DNA of 64,000 nt from Bacillota bacterium (GCA_023436245.1 JAEZJZ010000078.1:79758-143757); one strand, 5' to 3'; positions 9,443 to 19,147 are shown, numbered from the stretch's first letter. Notes: generated from the sequence alone by a model not told the origin. Made by a program: numbers and translations.

Positions 9443-10861
9443 TTGAAGCTGTCGAAACTACTAGCCCTGTTTCTTTGCGTGGCACTATTAGCCGCGCTGC
9501 CGGAGAACGCGGTTGCCCTTAACAACGGAGTCCAGACGGGTTCTGTCCAGAACTCCTACAGCGATCTCCATGTGACGGCGAACAGCACGATTCTAATCGG
9601 AGTTGAGTCGCTTGAGCAAGGTCGCGTTGACTGGAAGGTGCAATTGACGGAAGCCTCCCCTGGGGCGAATCTTGCGGTAGTTGCCCTTCAATCCTCCAGT
9701 GATGAGGCTGTTTCAGTTCAGATGAACGGGACCATCGTCGAACAGGATGTGGGTGAAGGCCACGTTGATAGTGTAGCAGCCGGGTACTTCATGCTCCTTT
9801 TCACCTTGGTGCCTAGTGAGTCCAGCGAGGGCTTCGGTAGTGACTCTTCTGCTGTCTTTGACCTGACGGTTTCGGGTAATATCGAGGAGGATCATGCCTA
9901 TCCGCCTTCGCTCCGCATCATGTCTGACTGCGCATTCCAGACCTATGGCTATCCTAGATCAATTCCACTGAAGGTTGAGACCCAGCCAGGTAACCTTGTG
10001 TACTTCGGAAGGGAACAAGTGCTTGCAGATGCTAATGGTATGGCGGTTCGTCCGGTAATTCTGGGTGGGCTTCTGGAAGAGCGTATAGAAATGAAAGCAT
10101 TGGCTGAGTCGGGTCACGGGATAGTGGCATACGTGACTGTAGTCAACCACTGGGTGACAGAGAATCCAGCTACGCCGGTCTATCTGAGTCGTCGGCCATT
10201 GCTTTTGGTCAATGTGCCGGACACCAGCATCATTGACACTGAAGCATCTGTTGTCGAGATCGATGATCAGCCCGCAGAGCTCTATGTTAGCTCATCGGAT
10301 TCTCTTGCCTTCAGTTACGTAGCTGGCACGCCTAGCACTTCGTTGGACTATGGGAGTCATAATGTTCTGGTTGCGCTCTACTCGAAAGTGGACACACCGG
10401 GACGAGATGACAAGTTGCTCGATGTCGTCTCGTGGGACTTCGAGATTCCCGCCAAGCGTCAAGCGCGGCTCTGGCCCGGAGAGACGGTCTGCATCGTCAA
10501 TGATGAGGAGTTCAATCTTGACGCGGCACCATTCCGTGACCCGGCAACTGGCTCAACCATGCTGCCGTTGCGCTTTGTAGGTGACTTGATGGGAGCCCAG
10601 GTGGCGTGGCAGGGGAGTGACCAGACTGCCGTGTTCACTTTGGGCGAAAAGACGGTTCAGCTGAGCATTGGTAAGAAAACAGCATTGGTCAACGGGAAGC
10701 AGGTTACGTTAGCTGCGCCTCCTGCTAACATTGCCGGAAGAACGATGGTCCCTCTGCGCTTTGTGAGCGAGAGCCTGGGGGCTCAGGTGTCCTGGGACCC
10801 GGCGACCAGCACAATACAGGTTGAGGTTATGCTTGATGAGCCTGAGATGACAGTTGGATAG
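9443..10861 (+). CDS. secreted protein with two C-terminal copper-amine-oxidase N-terminal-like (stalk) domains
   Basis: TTG start after AAGGAGGG. Signal peptide MKLSKLLALFLCVALLAAL. C-terminal repeats RFVGDLMGAQVAWQG...TMVPLRFVSESLGAQVSWD. Confidence 0.5.
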   Translation: MKLSKLLALFLCVALLAALPENAVALNNGVQTGSVQNSYSDLHVTANSTILIGVESLEQGRVDWKVQLTEASPGANLAVVALQSSSDEAVSVQMNGTIVEQDVGEGHVDSVAAGYFMLLFTLVPSESSEGFGSDSSAVFDLTVSGNIEEDHAYPPSLRIMSDCAFQTYGYPRSIPLKVETQPGNLVYFGREQVLADANGMAVRPVILGGLLEERIEMKALAESGHGIVAYVTVVNHWVTENPATPVYLSRRPLLLVNVPDTSIIDTEASVVEIDDQPAELYVSSSDSLAFSYVAGTPSTSLDYGSHNVLVALYSKVDTPGRDDKLLDVVSWDFEIPAKRQARLWPGETVCIVNDEEFNLDAAPFRDPATGSTMLPLRFVGDLMGAQVAWQGSDQTAVFTLGEKTVQLSIGKKTALVNGKQVTLAAPPANIAGRTMVPLRFVSESLGAQVSWDPATSTIQVEVMLDEPEMTVG

Positions 10862-11349
10862 ACTGTTGTGCTTGCGATGAGAAGCGAGAGAGTCTCTGCC
10901 ACCGACAGCCTTTCGAAGGATGGATGAGATGAAAGATGTGCGATAGGTGCAAGGTTATTGAGGATCTGTTCCTGACTGCGCAAGCTGAGCCGCACAAACA
11001 CTATACAGCATCAGAGCAATGGTACGAGAGGGGCAAATAGAGTTCTATGCTGGCGACTGCCTGTTGGACGACATGGAGCGCCATTTGGAGGAGGAGCGCC
11101 ATTTCACCATTCAGCACTACTTCAGGTGCGTGGCGTGCGGTCAGTCCTTCTTCATCGGCGCATGCATACGGGGCACGCCGGTCTTCGAGAAGTCTTTTCC
11201 GCCGGCGCCGGAGACATTGACCAGGATCTTGTGGGGACATTGTGGTACTTTCTACGGGGGAAGGGGTATCCCAAAGAACAAAACGCAGCAGAGAGTCGCT
11301 GGCATGCAGTCCATCTTCCTACGCAAGAACAAGTGAGTGGGGGATCGCA

Positions 11350-11634
11350 GTGCGGAAAGAGTCCTTTAGGTACATGTTTCTGGCCATGTTCGCTCTAGTA
11401 GGGTTCATGCTCCTGACAAATGGCAGGCCTCGTGTCCTTTGGCCTTTGTGTGCGATATTTGGCGGTATTGTCGCCCTGAACATGCCGGCAGAGTTCCTTA
11501 GAGGCTATGATTCCATCAAGGACAATGCTGGAGAGCTTCGAAGATTTGGATGCCTCAGGGTCATTGTGGGTTATGGGATGATAGCTGTCGGGCTGCTGTT
11601 TGCTCTTGCGTGGATCACCGGCGCAGAGTTCTAG
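11350..11634 (+). CDS. small two-TM membrane protein
   Basis: Hydrophobic segments MFLAMFALVGFMLL and VIVGYGMIAVGLLFALAWI. Start is uncertain. Confidence 0.3.
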   Translation: MRKESFRYMFLAMFALVGFMLLTNGRPRVLWPLCAIFGGIVALNMPAEFLRGYDSIKDNAGELRRFGCLRVIVGYGMIAVGLLFALAWITGAEF

Positions 11635-12066
11635 TTCGCGTCTTCTTCATCAGGCGCGAGAAGGCACTCGCTGTGACTGCCCGGTAACCAAGCTAACGTG
11701 GCCAGGATGTAGAAGACCCGCCGCGCGAGCGGTGGGTCTTCTGCTGCAAATACCGCCTGTTAGCTTACCAAGTCCATCGTTCTCGCAGCCGGGTGCCATT
11801 CACCTCTAGGCCTGAAGCGGGTTTGTCACGCTGATGACCTCCGCGATGCCTGCCTTCTCCAGCACGTCAGAGATGATGTTCGCGATTCCCTACTTGCCGA
11901 TAGCGAGCTGGCAGATCAGATAGACGGCAGTAGCATCGAATCGGCCATCGTGTGCCGACGTCTGCTCGCACCCGAAGGCTTCGCAAGCCCGGGCGGTTAC
12001 CTCGTCATCGCTAATGCTGGCATGTCCGAGGAACTCCTGCAGTGCTGGCCATCATGACTTGTCTCC

Positions 12067-12258
12067 TTACGCACTGGGTCCGCCGGATTTGCCCTTGGTA
12101 ATCACCGCAATAGCAATGCTACCAACGGTAACAGCCACACCCAAGGCGGTCTCCCCGACCTTGCGAAGAGTACGCCATTTTTTGTTTTGGCAGTTCTCGC
12201 AGGTGTCTTTGCTGGATTGCGGTATCTCCTTACCGCACTTCTTGCAAAACTTGCTCAT
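12067..12258 (-). CDS. small zinc-ribbon plus TM protein
   Basis: CKKCGK...CENCQ followed by hydrophobic GVAVTVGSIAIAVI. Overlaps the upstream gene stop by 4 nt. Confidence 0.35.
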   Translation of the reverse strand: MSKFCKKCGKEIPQSSKDTCENCQNKKWRTLRKVGETALGVAVTVGSIAIAVITKGKSGGPSA

Positions 12259-13361
12259 TGTTGCTCTCCCTTTCTTACTGGTACGGCATCGAGCAGCGGT
12301 TGCGTCTCTTCGATGTCCAGCGGGAGAGCCGCAATCTTTTGCTGAATGTCCGCGAAATTATCAATCAGGCCCTTTTGGCTTGAACTGCCATACGAATCCA
12401 AGGTCAATAGCGTATCTCGGTCATCAAGCGAATTGGCGCTGATGAAATCGCTGAACTGCTTCATGCTAAGTCTGGCCGCGTTTTGCTCACCGAGCAGACA
12501 GTACACGGTAGTCTCAACTTGCACGGTTTTGGTAATCGCCAATAGGCTGTTGAAGATTTCGGCACTCTTCTCATCGCCGTGGTTCTGTGCCTCCCTATCA
12601 ATCAGCTTGGAGAACCATCCTCTATCCTTCCGCTCCTCAAAAAAACGCTTCTCGCTGGCAAATGCCCTGAAGAGGATGCACTTGGCATCTGTCGCGCTAC
12701 CCAGAATACTGAGCAGTTTCTCCTCCCGAACTCTGCCATCGCTTATCTGTGCGGCTTGTTGTAGCTGTTGCCACGCGCTTTCGGCCAGAGCGAGCCTATC
12801 GTCTTGAAGTTCGCTATGTAGGTTGGCGATGCCCCTTTGTACATCGTGGATTTCGCTTATCACCTGAGCTAACGCAATCTGTGTTTGCAGATCCGTAATC
12901 GAATGTCCCAAGTCAGGCGTTAATTCTATATCCCTTAGCCGCACCTGAGCGACAACGCCTTTCTCCCCATAGACGGATGGCAGTATTTCGCCGCTCTTGT
13001 CTGTAATGAATCTGTAGACACCCGAATCAATCAGCCTCTGTATGGCCGGGTTTGTCTCCGCGACCTTTATCGTCTCCGGCAACGCTGATTTTACAGCTTC
13101 AAAGAAGGCAGGGGCAACTCTGGATAGGTTTTCGGCTCTGCTGAAGATAATGCTCAGGTTGTTGCTCTGTATCGTACTGATAGGGAACACTTGGTCAAAT
13201 CCGGCGGTCAGCGACGTGCTTTCCCATTGAAACTTTGCCAACGGCTTTTTACACGCGACCATCGGTAAGTTTTTGCTGCTACTCCTGTATCCGCAAAACG
13301 GGCAAACCGAAGCCTTGTCCGATACCTTGGTCCCGCACTCCGGGCAATATACCAATGACAC
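12255..13361 (-). CDS. zinc-ribbon-domain hypothetical protein
   Basis: N-terminal CPECGTK...CPFCG. 368 aa with no other recognisable domain. Sits directly downstream of cI on the same strand. Confidence 0.45.
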   Translation of the reverse strand: MSLVYCPECGTKVSDKASVCPFCGYRSSSKNLPMVACKKPLAKFQWESTSLTAGFDQVFPISTIQSNNLSIIFSRAENLSRVAPAFFEAVKSALPETIKVAETNPAIQRLIDSGVYRFITDKSGEILPSVYGEKGVVAQVRLRDIELTPDLGHSITDLQTQIALAQVISEIHDVQRGIANLHSELQDDRLALAESAWQQLQQAAQISDGRVREEKLLSILGSATDAKCILFRAFASEKRFFEERKDRGWFSKLIDREAQNHGDEKSAEIFNSLLAITKTVQVETTVYCLLGEQNAARLSMKQFSDFISANSLDDRDTLLTLDSYGSSSQKGLIDNFADIQQKIAALPLDIEETQPLLDAVPVRKGEQQ

Positions 13362-13480
13362 CTAACTCTCCTCCCCGCTGATGAACTAGTCTACGACCAC
13401 GGCTCGCCTGATTACCCGTACTCACCCTCCTAGTTTTTCCTATAATGGTCCAACCAAATGTCGAAACGTGTCGCAGCCTA

Positions 13481-13505
13481 GATGATGCACAAAACCCACC
13501 TTGTT
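13481..13505 (-). terminator. putative rho-independent terminator after cI
   Basis: Hairpin AACCCACC-loop-GGTGGGTT followed by T-run on the minus strand. Confidence 0.4.
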
Positions 13506-13535
13506 CGGTGGGTTTATCGTCGCCCTTAATTCCAT

Positions 13536-14330
13536 CTACTCCATTCTGGACATGCCTTTGCTTACCTTCGCAAACATCCTGATCATGTGCCCAACCTCGC
13601 CGCCATCCAGACCAAACTGGGTGGCGATTTCTATTGTCTCCGCCCATGCCTGGTCTGTCGCGGTCTTACTCGTCAGCAACGCCTTGTACTCCTGATATGG
13701 CGGCGCGTCTTTCAGCACGCCGACCAGGTGACCGATGATGCGATGTTTTCCGGTGACAGGCATGTCCGCATACTCAGGGTTTGCCGCGCGGAGAACAGCC
13801 AGTCCATTCTCACGGATGAAGTACTTGAGGGTGGCAGCCCAAGTGTCATCCTCGACGCCGGCTGCAACGACCATTCCGCTCTGGGCTTCCGTAGCTTGGC
13901 GGAGAACGGCGGTGTCCCCCTCGTGGATCCCGGCCCAGCTCATGCTATCGCCTGAGACGTGCAGTGCGAAGTCTGCGCGCCAGTCTGACGGGATCTCGAC
14001 TTCGCCCTCGAAGTTCTCCTCGGCCAGGACAGGGATGCCGGCTTTGATGGTACCGATGAGGGGAACCACCCGCGGTTGCCCAAGAGCTTGAGAGCTTCGG
14101 GGTAGATTGAGTATCTGAGAAATAGGCCTAGGTTCGTCAGTAGAACCAACGAGATAGTCCATGGTCACCCCGAAGTACTCGGCAAGCTTCTGAAGTGTCT
14201 TGACATCAGGTTGTCGACGACCAGACTCATACGCCGTATACGCAGGTCTGGTGATTCCCAGATGACTCGATAGATCATCTTGAGTTTTCCCTGCCTGTTT
14301 TCTGAGGTAGGACAGTCTACTAGCCAGCAT
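13536..14330 (-). CDS. cI: CI-like phage repressor (XRE HTH plus S24 LexA-like peptidase) with about 60 aa C-terminal extension
   Basis: N-terminal HTH (LASRLSYLRKQAGKTQDDLSSHLGITRPAYTAYESG). GDSM motif present (VSGDSMSWAGIHEGD), and KHRIIG consistent with the catalytic Lys. ATG at 14330 with GGGGGTGG SD. Confidence 0.8.
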   Translation of the reverse strand: MLASRLSYLRKQAGKTQDDLSSHLGITRPAYTAYESGRRQPDVKTLQKLAEYFGVTMDYLVGSTDEPRPISQILNLPRSSQALGQPRVVPLIGTIKAGIPVLAEENFEGEVEIPSDWRADFALHVSGDSMSWAGIHEGDTAVLRQATEAQSGMVVAAGVEDDTWAATLKYFIRENGLAVLRAANPEYADMPVTGKHRIIGHLVGVLKDAPPYQEYKALLTSKTATDQAWAETIEIATQFGLDGGEVGHMIRMFAKVSKGMSRME

Positions 14331-14389
14331 CTCGAGCCACCCCCTTCGCATGACTAACTAATTTTTACTGTAGCTGATTGTTACACAAA

Positions 14390-14470
14390 ACTCTAGGTAA
14401 CGTTTCGAAACCTTTGTTGCAAAGAGGGCTTGACAGGTAACGTAACGTTACCTAGAATAGGTCTTGAGAG
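14390..14470. promoter_or_regulatory. divergent lysogeny-switch promoter/operator region
   Basis: TTGACA-17 bp-TAGAAT promoter facing cro. Its spacer is the perfect palindrome GGTAACGTAACGTTACC. Further GGTAACG half-sites near 14395 and 14686. Confidence 0.5.
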
Positions 14471-14501
14471 TAGCGATTGGTTACATCATGGAGGTGAGAC
14501 A

Positions 14502-14753
14502 ATGCGGAGATGGCTCCTAAACACCCGTCTCTCCAATAAGCTGACGCACGGAGAGGTTGCTGCTAGGGCAAACATCGGTAGGGCTTACTACACAATGATC
14601 GAGAATGGCTCAAGGACACCGAGCGTAGCAGTTGCAAAACGGCTCGGAGACGTACTGGGCATCGGGTGGACTCTTTTTTTTGACAAACAAGGTAACGAAA
14701 CGACACATGAAGAGTGTGGTAAGCGTCGACGTGCACTAGAAAGCGCCGGCTAG
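14502..14753 (+). CDS. cro: Cro-like XRE-family HTH regulator
   Basis: ATG after GGAGGTG. HTH region EVAARANIGRAYYTMIENGSRTPSVAVAKRLGDVLG. Divergent from cI. Confidence 0.7.
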   Translation: MRRWLLNTRLSNKLTHGEVAARANIGRAYYTMIENGSRTPSVAVAKRLGDVLGIGWTLFFDKQGNETTHEECGKRRRALESAG

Positions 14754-14911
14754 TTACCCCTAGTTCCCGAGGCAACATGTCCCGAGGAACAGGAGGGTAA
14801 GCATCTGCGGTTCCCGCGACATGGAGATCACCCGTGAAAAGAGTACAAGCCAAGCGCAGATTTCGGACAAACCGGAGCAGGTTCCGGGATGGATGGGAGG
14901 AGGTGAAAGAG

Positions 14912-15091
14912 ATGGATGAAGGGGAACGGCGCAGCCGCGCAGAGAAGATTGTGAACCTCGTTGAGGGGATGACCTACAGGGAATGGAGCAACATTGCTCG
15001 GGCGATCGAGAACGAGTACCGGGTACTGGCCAACAAGGCACAACTTGTGGTCAGGCCGGCACTCGTCAAGAACGCCAAGGAAGATGCCTAG
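14912..15091 (+). CDS. hypothetical phage early protein
   Basis: ATG 6 nt after GGAGGAGGTG. Confidence 0.4.
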   Translation: MDEGERRSRAEKIVNLVEGMTYREWSNIARAIENEYRVLANKAQLVVRPALVKNAKEDA

Positions 15092-15273
15092 CCCATGACT
15101 TGCAGGTGGGACTTGTGGATTTCGTAACCGGTCCCGCCGCACAGAATCTTCAGGAACTCGTATTCGCCGATGTTGTTTTCCTTGAGCCAAGTGTGAGGCT
15201 CAGTGTTGAAGATGGTGTCTCCTTCAGTGAGTTGAGTCCATTCGCCTAACAGGCAGACAAAGATGCGTTTCAC
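15088..15273 (-). CDS. hypothetical protein
   Basis: GTG start with GGAGGTGAT SD on the minus strand. Confidence 0.35.
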   Translation of the reverse strand: MKRIFVCLLGEWTQLTEGDTIFNTEPHTWLKENNIGEYEFLKILCGGTGYEIHKSHLQVMG

Positions 15274-15401
15274 AGTATCACCTCCTCATGTTCTTGGTTC
15301 TACGGAGGTGTTGGAAAACCCTGTGAAAGCGATTCGCCAGTAACAATGGGAGAAAGTCGGACAACCGGCCGCACATAGGCATTAGGGGAGGAGGGATTGC
15401 G

Positions 15402-15599
15402 ATGTTCGAAGGTCTTCCGTTTCGCGTGACCATCAAGTACCAGGGGGAGTACGTTCTCTTCGACTCGCTCCCAGCCGAACTTCAGGCCAGGGCCAAGGAG
15501 AACGCCGGAAGGATTATCGGCGATGCGATCAGACAGCAGCTCCAGTTAAGCCGAGTGCGCGAGGAACTGCACCAGAAGCGAGGGCAGGGCGCAGAGTGA
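15402..15599 (+). CDS. hypothetical phage early protein
   Basis: SD GGGGAGGAGGG upstream of ATG. Confidence 0.4.
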   Translation: MFEGLPFRVTIKYQGEYVLFDSLPAELQARAKENAGRIIGDAIRQQLQLSRVREELHQKRGQGAE

Positions 15600-15646
15600 G
15601 CCCTGCTGCGATGGACAAGCCTCCTAGGTGAAAGGAGGTGATTAAG

Positions 15647-15856
15647 GTGACAGAGACGGTTCGAGTCCCAATCACACGTATCCGCATCGACACAAAGACC
15701 GGGAAGGTGATTTCGAAGGAGGTCATCGGGCATAGAGAGATGCCACGAACAGAGTATCTAGATGCCCTAGTCCTCGGTCTTACCGGGATGAGTACGGAAG
15801 AAGTCTGCAGACGGATCGTGGAGTTGAAGCCTGACAAGCCGCAGGACAAGCCCTAA
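15647..15856 (+). CDS. hypothetical phage early protein
   Basis: GTG start 8 nt after AAAGGAGG. Confidence 0.4.
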   Translation: MTETVRVPITRIRIDTKTGKVISKEVIGHREMPRTEYLDALVLGLTGMSTEEVCRRIVELKPDKPQDKP

Positions 15857-16034
15857 ACATCGGCTCTACATGGAGGAAGACGGCCCAGTCGTGATCATCA
15901 ACTAAGCCGCCGGGGATGGGGTAGGTGAGCTGTATAGCTAGATCATATGCCAGCGCGCTGTAGACAGCAATCGGACAAGCTCCACGAACCAGGCAGGCCC
16001 GGGTCAGAGACTCTACGGAGAGGGGGTGAGATGG

Positions 16035-16298
16035 ATGAGAAAGTTCATCACGCAGCGTGGCCATATCGCCTATGCGATCTCGTTCGGCGAGATTCAATCG
16101 CTCGGTGGCATTGGAGTATGTGACACGTGCAACCAACTGCAGAGTGAAGGCTATCTGGTGCCGGTATTAGCCAGCTTCTTGTGCCCGGCTTGCTTTGGCG
16201 AGTTCGAGCAGCAGGCGCGAGTGTACCCGGAGGAAATCCCAGACGAGCTTAGGCGGGCAGCGTACTACGAGAGTTGCATTCCGGTGGAAGGGAGGTGA
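16035..16298 (+). CDS. hypothetical Cys-rich protein
   Basis: ATG after GGGGGTGA. Contains CDTC...CPAC. Confidence 0.4.
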   Translation: MRKFITQRGHIAYAISFGEIQSLGGIGVCDTCNQLQSEGYLVPVLASFLCPACFGEFEQQARVYPEEIPDELRRAAYYESCIPVEGR

Positions 16299-16302
16299 AG
16301 AC

Positions 16303-16854
16303 ATGGCAATTGGCGAGGTAATCAAGCAGGCGAGGATTCAGTTAGGCATCACTCAGGAGCAGGCGGGCGGCATTGCGTACATAAGCCCGAAGACGGTCAG
16401 CGCCATCGAGTGTGGCCGTCGCAGTATCGCTCCAGAAGTGCTGGGCGCATTAGTCAGGCAACTGGACAACCCGAGACTGAGCATGGAGGCCGCCGCCGAG
16501 GTGACCGGCGGAGCATACTGTACGCCCTGGTTGGACGGGGAAGGGGTCGACCTCCACCGGACAAGCGTCTGGGCAAAGGCCCTAGAGGAACTGCAGGAGG
16601 CAGCAGATGCGGTCGGGGCAACCAGATTGGCTAACAGACCGCAACGGGCTACAGAGGTGGAGAGAACTCAGGTTCGGGAGAGCCTGATGCAGGTCCTGGA
16701 TGCGCGGGTGGCGATTGACCACTACGTTGCGGTCATCTGTCAGGAGTTTGGATTCAGTATCAGCGCCACCTATAGAGCACACCGCGAGAAGCTAGAGCAG
16801 CGCGGATATGTGCGGAGAAAAAAAGAGACCGCCCCTAGAGGAGCGGCGAGGTAA
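16303..16854 (+). CDS. XRE-family HTH transcriptional regulator
   Basis: ATG after GGGAGGTG. HTH region IKQARIQLGITQEQAGGIAYISPKTVSAIECGRR. Confidence 0.6.
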   Translation: MAIGEVIKQARIQLGITQEQAGGIAYISPKTVSAIECGRRSIAPEVLGALVRQLDNPRLSMEAAAEVTGGAYCTPWLDGEGVDLHRTSVWAKALEELQEAADAVGATRLANRPQRATEVERTQVRESLMQVLDARVAIDHYVAVICQEFGFSISATYRAHREKLEQRGYVRRKKETAPRGAAR

Positions 16855-16896
16855 ATCGTCATGGTTATTATACCACATTCGACGAGGTGCAAACAA

Positions 16897-17106
16897 ATGC
16901 GCAAGTGGTTGATATGGGGGTTGGCAATGGTCGCGACCACAGGATGGCAGCTACGGGCGGGGTTCGAGCGATGCGGCGCCATTGATGGAGGCATCCTGCT
17001 TGGCCCAGTGGTGCTCCTGGTCGTTGCCCTGGTTAAGGGGGTGACTCGCGACTTGCGCGAGGTGTTCGGAGAGACGAGTTCGCAAAGGAGGATGACCGAT
17101 GCCTAG
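16897..17106 (+). CDS. small membrane protein
   Basis: Hydrophobic LIWGLAMVATTGW and ILLGPVVLLVVALV. Start is uncertain. Confidence 0.3.
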   Translation: MRKWLIWGLAMVATTGWQLRAGFERCGAIDGGILLGPVVLLVVALVKGVTRDLREVFGETSSQRRMTDA

Positions 17107-17302
17107 ACTTGACCGGTTTTCCCAAGGCGGAAGAGATGCACAGACTGAGCAGCCAGTGGCTTACTGCGCCGGCTGCGGTGGAGAGATCTACGCACAAGAC
17201 GATGTGTACCTGCTAGGCAGCGAGGTACTGCATGCCGACAAAGACTGCCTGCTGATGTACACGAACCCAATTAGAAGCCAGGCGTGGGAGGTGGCGGTGT
17301 GA
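17099..17302 (+). CDS. small hypothetical protein (CAGCGG motif)
   Basis: ATG after AAAGGAGG. Confidence 0.35.
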   Translation: MPRLDRFSQGGRDAQTEQPVAYCAGCGGEIYAQDDVYLLGSEVLHADKDCLLMYTNPIRSQAWEVAV

Positions 17303-18234
17303 GCGCGGCCATACTCACCAGCACACTTCGCATGGAGCGAGAGGATTGGCTCGAAGCGAGGCGACTTGGCGTCGGCGGCAGTGACGCTGCCGCCATCGCT
17401 GGGCTGAGCAAATGGCGCAGTCCGATGGCGGTCTACCTCGACAAGATAGGTGCCCTGGAACCAGAGGAGGCAAGCGAGGCAGCCCATTGGGGCACAAAGC
17501 TGGAGGACCTGGTAGCCAAGGAGTTCGCGGAGAGGACCGGCTTCAAGGTGCAGCGCCGGAATGCGATTCTGCAGCATAAGGACTACCCGTTCATGCTGGC
17601 CAACATCGACCGGTTCGTGTTTACCGCGGAGGGCAGAGGCATTCTGGAGTGCAAGACAACCAGCGCCTACAACGCAGATGCCTGGGCTGATAACCGAGTT
17701 CCTGATGAGTACATGCTGCAGGTGCAGCACTATCTGGCCGTCACCGGCCTGCAGTTCGGCTACATCGCGGTCCTGATCGGCGGCCAGCGCTACCTACATA
17801 AGCGTGTCGAGCGCGATGAAGAGATCATCAGCTACCTGGTTCAGATAGAGTCAGACTTCTGGCGATTGGTGGAGGGGAAGACACCTCCCGAAATGGATGG
17901 CAGCGAATCGAGTGCCGAAGTGTTGGCGCTGCTCTATCCCGAGAGTGACCCTGGGAGCAGCCTCAATCTCCCTGACACGGCTGAGCAGCTGATTGCCGAG
18001 TATGAGGAGGCCCAGGCCGCTGAGAAGGCGGCAGAAGCGCGCAAGAACGAGGCTGCTAACAAGCTGAAGGCCCTGCTCGGAGAGTACGAGACCGGCACGG
18101 TTGGTGAGCGCCGCGTGAGCTGGAAATCCGTCACGAGCAGCCGATTGGACACAAAGGAGCTAAAGGCGGCTCACCCGAGCATCTATGCACAGTTCTCAAG
18201 AGAGAGCGCCAGTCGGCGCTTCACCATCAAATAG
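17299..18234 (+). CDS. YqaJ-like viral recombinase-domain exonuclease
   Basis: WLEARRLGVGGSDAAAIAG...ILECKTTS shows PD-(D/E)XK YqaJ features. Start could be GTG 17299 or ATG 17332. Confidence 0.7.
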   Translation: MSAAILTSTLRMEREDWLEARRLGVGGSDAAAIAGLSKWRSPMAVYLDKIGALEPEEASEAAHWGTKLEDLVAKEFAERTGFKVQRRNAILQHKDYPFMLANIDRFVFTAEGRGILECKTTSAYNADAWADNRVPDEYMLQVQHYLAVTGLQFGYIAVLIGGQRYLHKRVERDEEIISYLVQIESDFWRLVEGKTPPEMDGSESSAEVLALLYPESDPGSSLNLPDTAEQLIAEYEEAQAAEKAAEARKNEAANKLKALLGEYETGTVGERRVSWKSVTSSRLDTKELKAAHPSIYAQFSRESASRRFTIK

Positions 18235-18247
18235 GAGGGATATCACG

Positions 18248-19147
18248 ATGACGAGAGCATCGAACAATCAGCCCGACTTGAAGGACAGGCTCGCCCAGCG
18301 TGCCAGTAGTGTGGCTACGGCCGAGAAGCCAAAGAGCCCTGCGGATACCGTTGCAGCTTACCTCAAGAAGATGGGACCAGAGATCGCTAAGGCCCTACCC
18401 AAGCACATGGACGCTGATCGGCTTGCCCGTGTGGCACTGACCACGATTCGCACTAACCCGACGCTTCTACAGTGCAACGTCCCGAGCCTCCTGGCTGGGG
18501 TGATGCAGGCGGCACAGCTCGGGCTCGAGCCGGGGCTGCTCGGTCACTGCTACCTGATTCCCTTCCGGAACAACAAGGCCAACACCATGGACGTGCAGTT
18601 CATTATCGGCTACCGCGGCATGATTGACCTGGCCAGGCGTTCCGGCAACATCGAGACCATCTATGCGCACGAGGTGTGCGAGAAGGACGAGTTCGAGTTG
18701 GAGTATGGCCTGGACCAGCGCCTGAAGCATAAGCCCGCCACCGGTGAGCGTGGCGAGGTAATGGGTGTGTACGGCGTGGCCAAGTTCAAGGATGGCGGCT
18801 ACTACTTCGAGTATCTGCCGAAGGCCGAGATTGAGAAGCGCCGTGGTCGCTCCAAAGCAGCCGGCAGTGGCCCTTGGGTCACCGACTGGCTGGAGATGGC
18901 CAAGAAGACTGTCATCCGCCACATGTTCAAATACCTGCCGATTAGCGTTGAAGTGATGACCGGAGTGACCCAGGACGAGACGGCCAAACGAGAGATCTCC
19001 GAGGACATGAACGAGGTGCCGGATACCATCGACATCACGCCGATCTACGGCGAGCAGGAGTCCGAAACGGCTTCGCCAGTTGCCCAGGGGAAAAGCCCGG
19101 CACCCGCCGAGGAGATGTTCGTCCCTTTCGACCCACAAGGGCGTTAG
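18248..19147 (+). CDS. recT: RecT-family single-strand annealing protein
   Basis: ATG after AGGAGGG. Sequence LQCNVPSLLAGVMQAAQLGLEPG...GYRGMIDLARRSG matches the RecT family. Confidence 0.8.
   Translation: MTRASNNQPDLKDRLAQRASSVATAEKPKSPADTVAAYLKKMGPEIAKALPKHMDADRLARVALTTIRTNPTLLQCNVPSLLAGVMQAAQLGLEPGLLGHCYLIPFRNNKANTMDVQFIIGYRGMIDLARRSGNIETIYAHEVCEKDEFELEYGLDQRLKHKPATGERGEVMGVYGVAKFKDGGYYFEYLPKAEIEKRRGRSKAAGSGPWVTDWLEMAKKTVIRHMFKYLPISVEVMTGVTQDETAKREISEDMNEVPDTIDITPIYGEQESETASPVAQGKSPAPAEEMFVPFDPQGR

Noticed and set aside
11830-12060. Open frame ending ...PGGYLVIANAGMSEELLQCWPS; possible methyltransferase gene remnant
   Set aside because: No start codon or SD. Too short and too weakly similar to call. 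At most a decayed fragment.
16195-16302. N-terminal extension of the XRE regulator ORF (track start 16195)
   Set aside because: The extension overlaps the upstream gene and lacks an SD. ATG at 16303 has GGGAGGTG at ideal spacing.
18467-19138. 223-aa antisense ORF inside recT
   Set aside because: It lies entirely within a strongly supported RecT gene, with GC-rich spurious composition.
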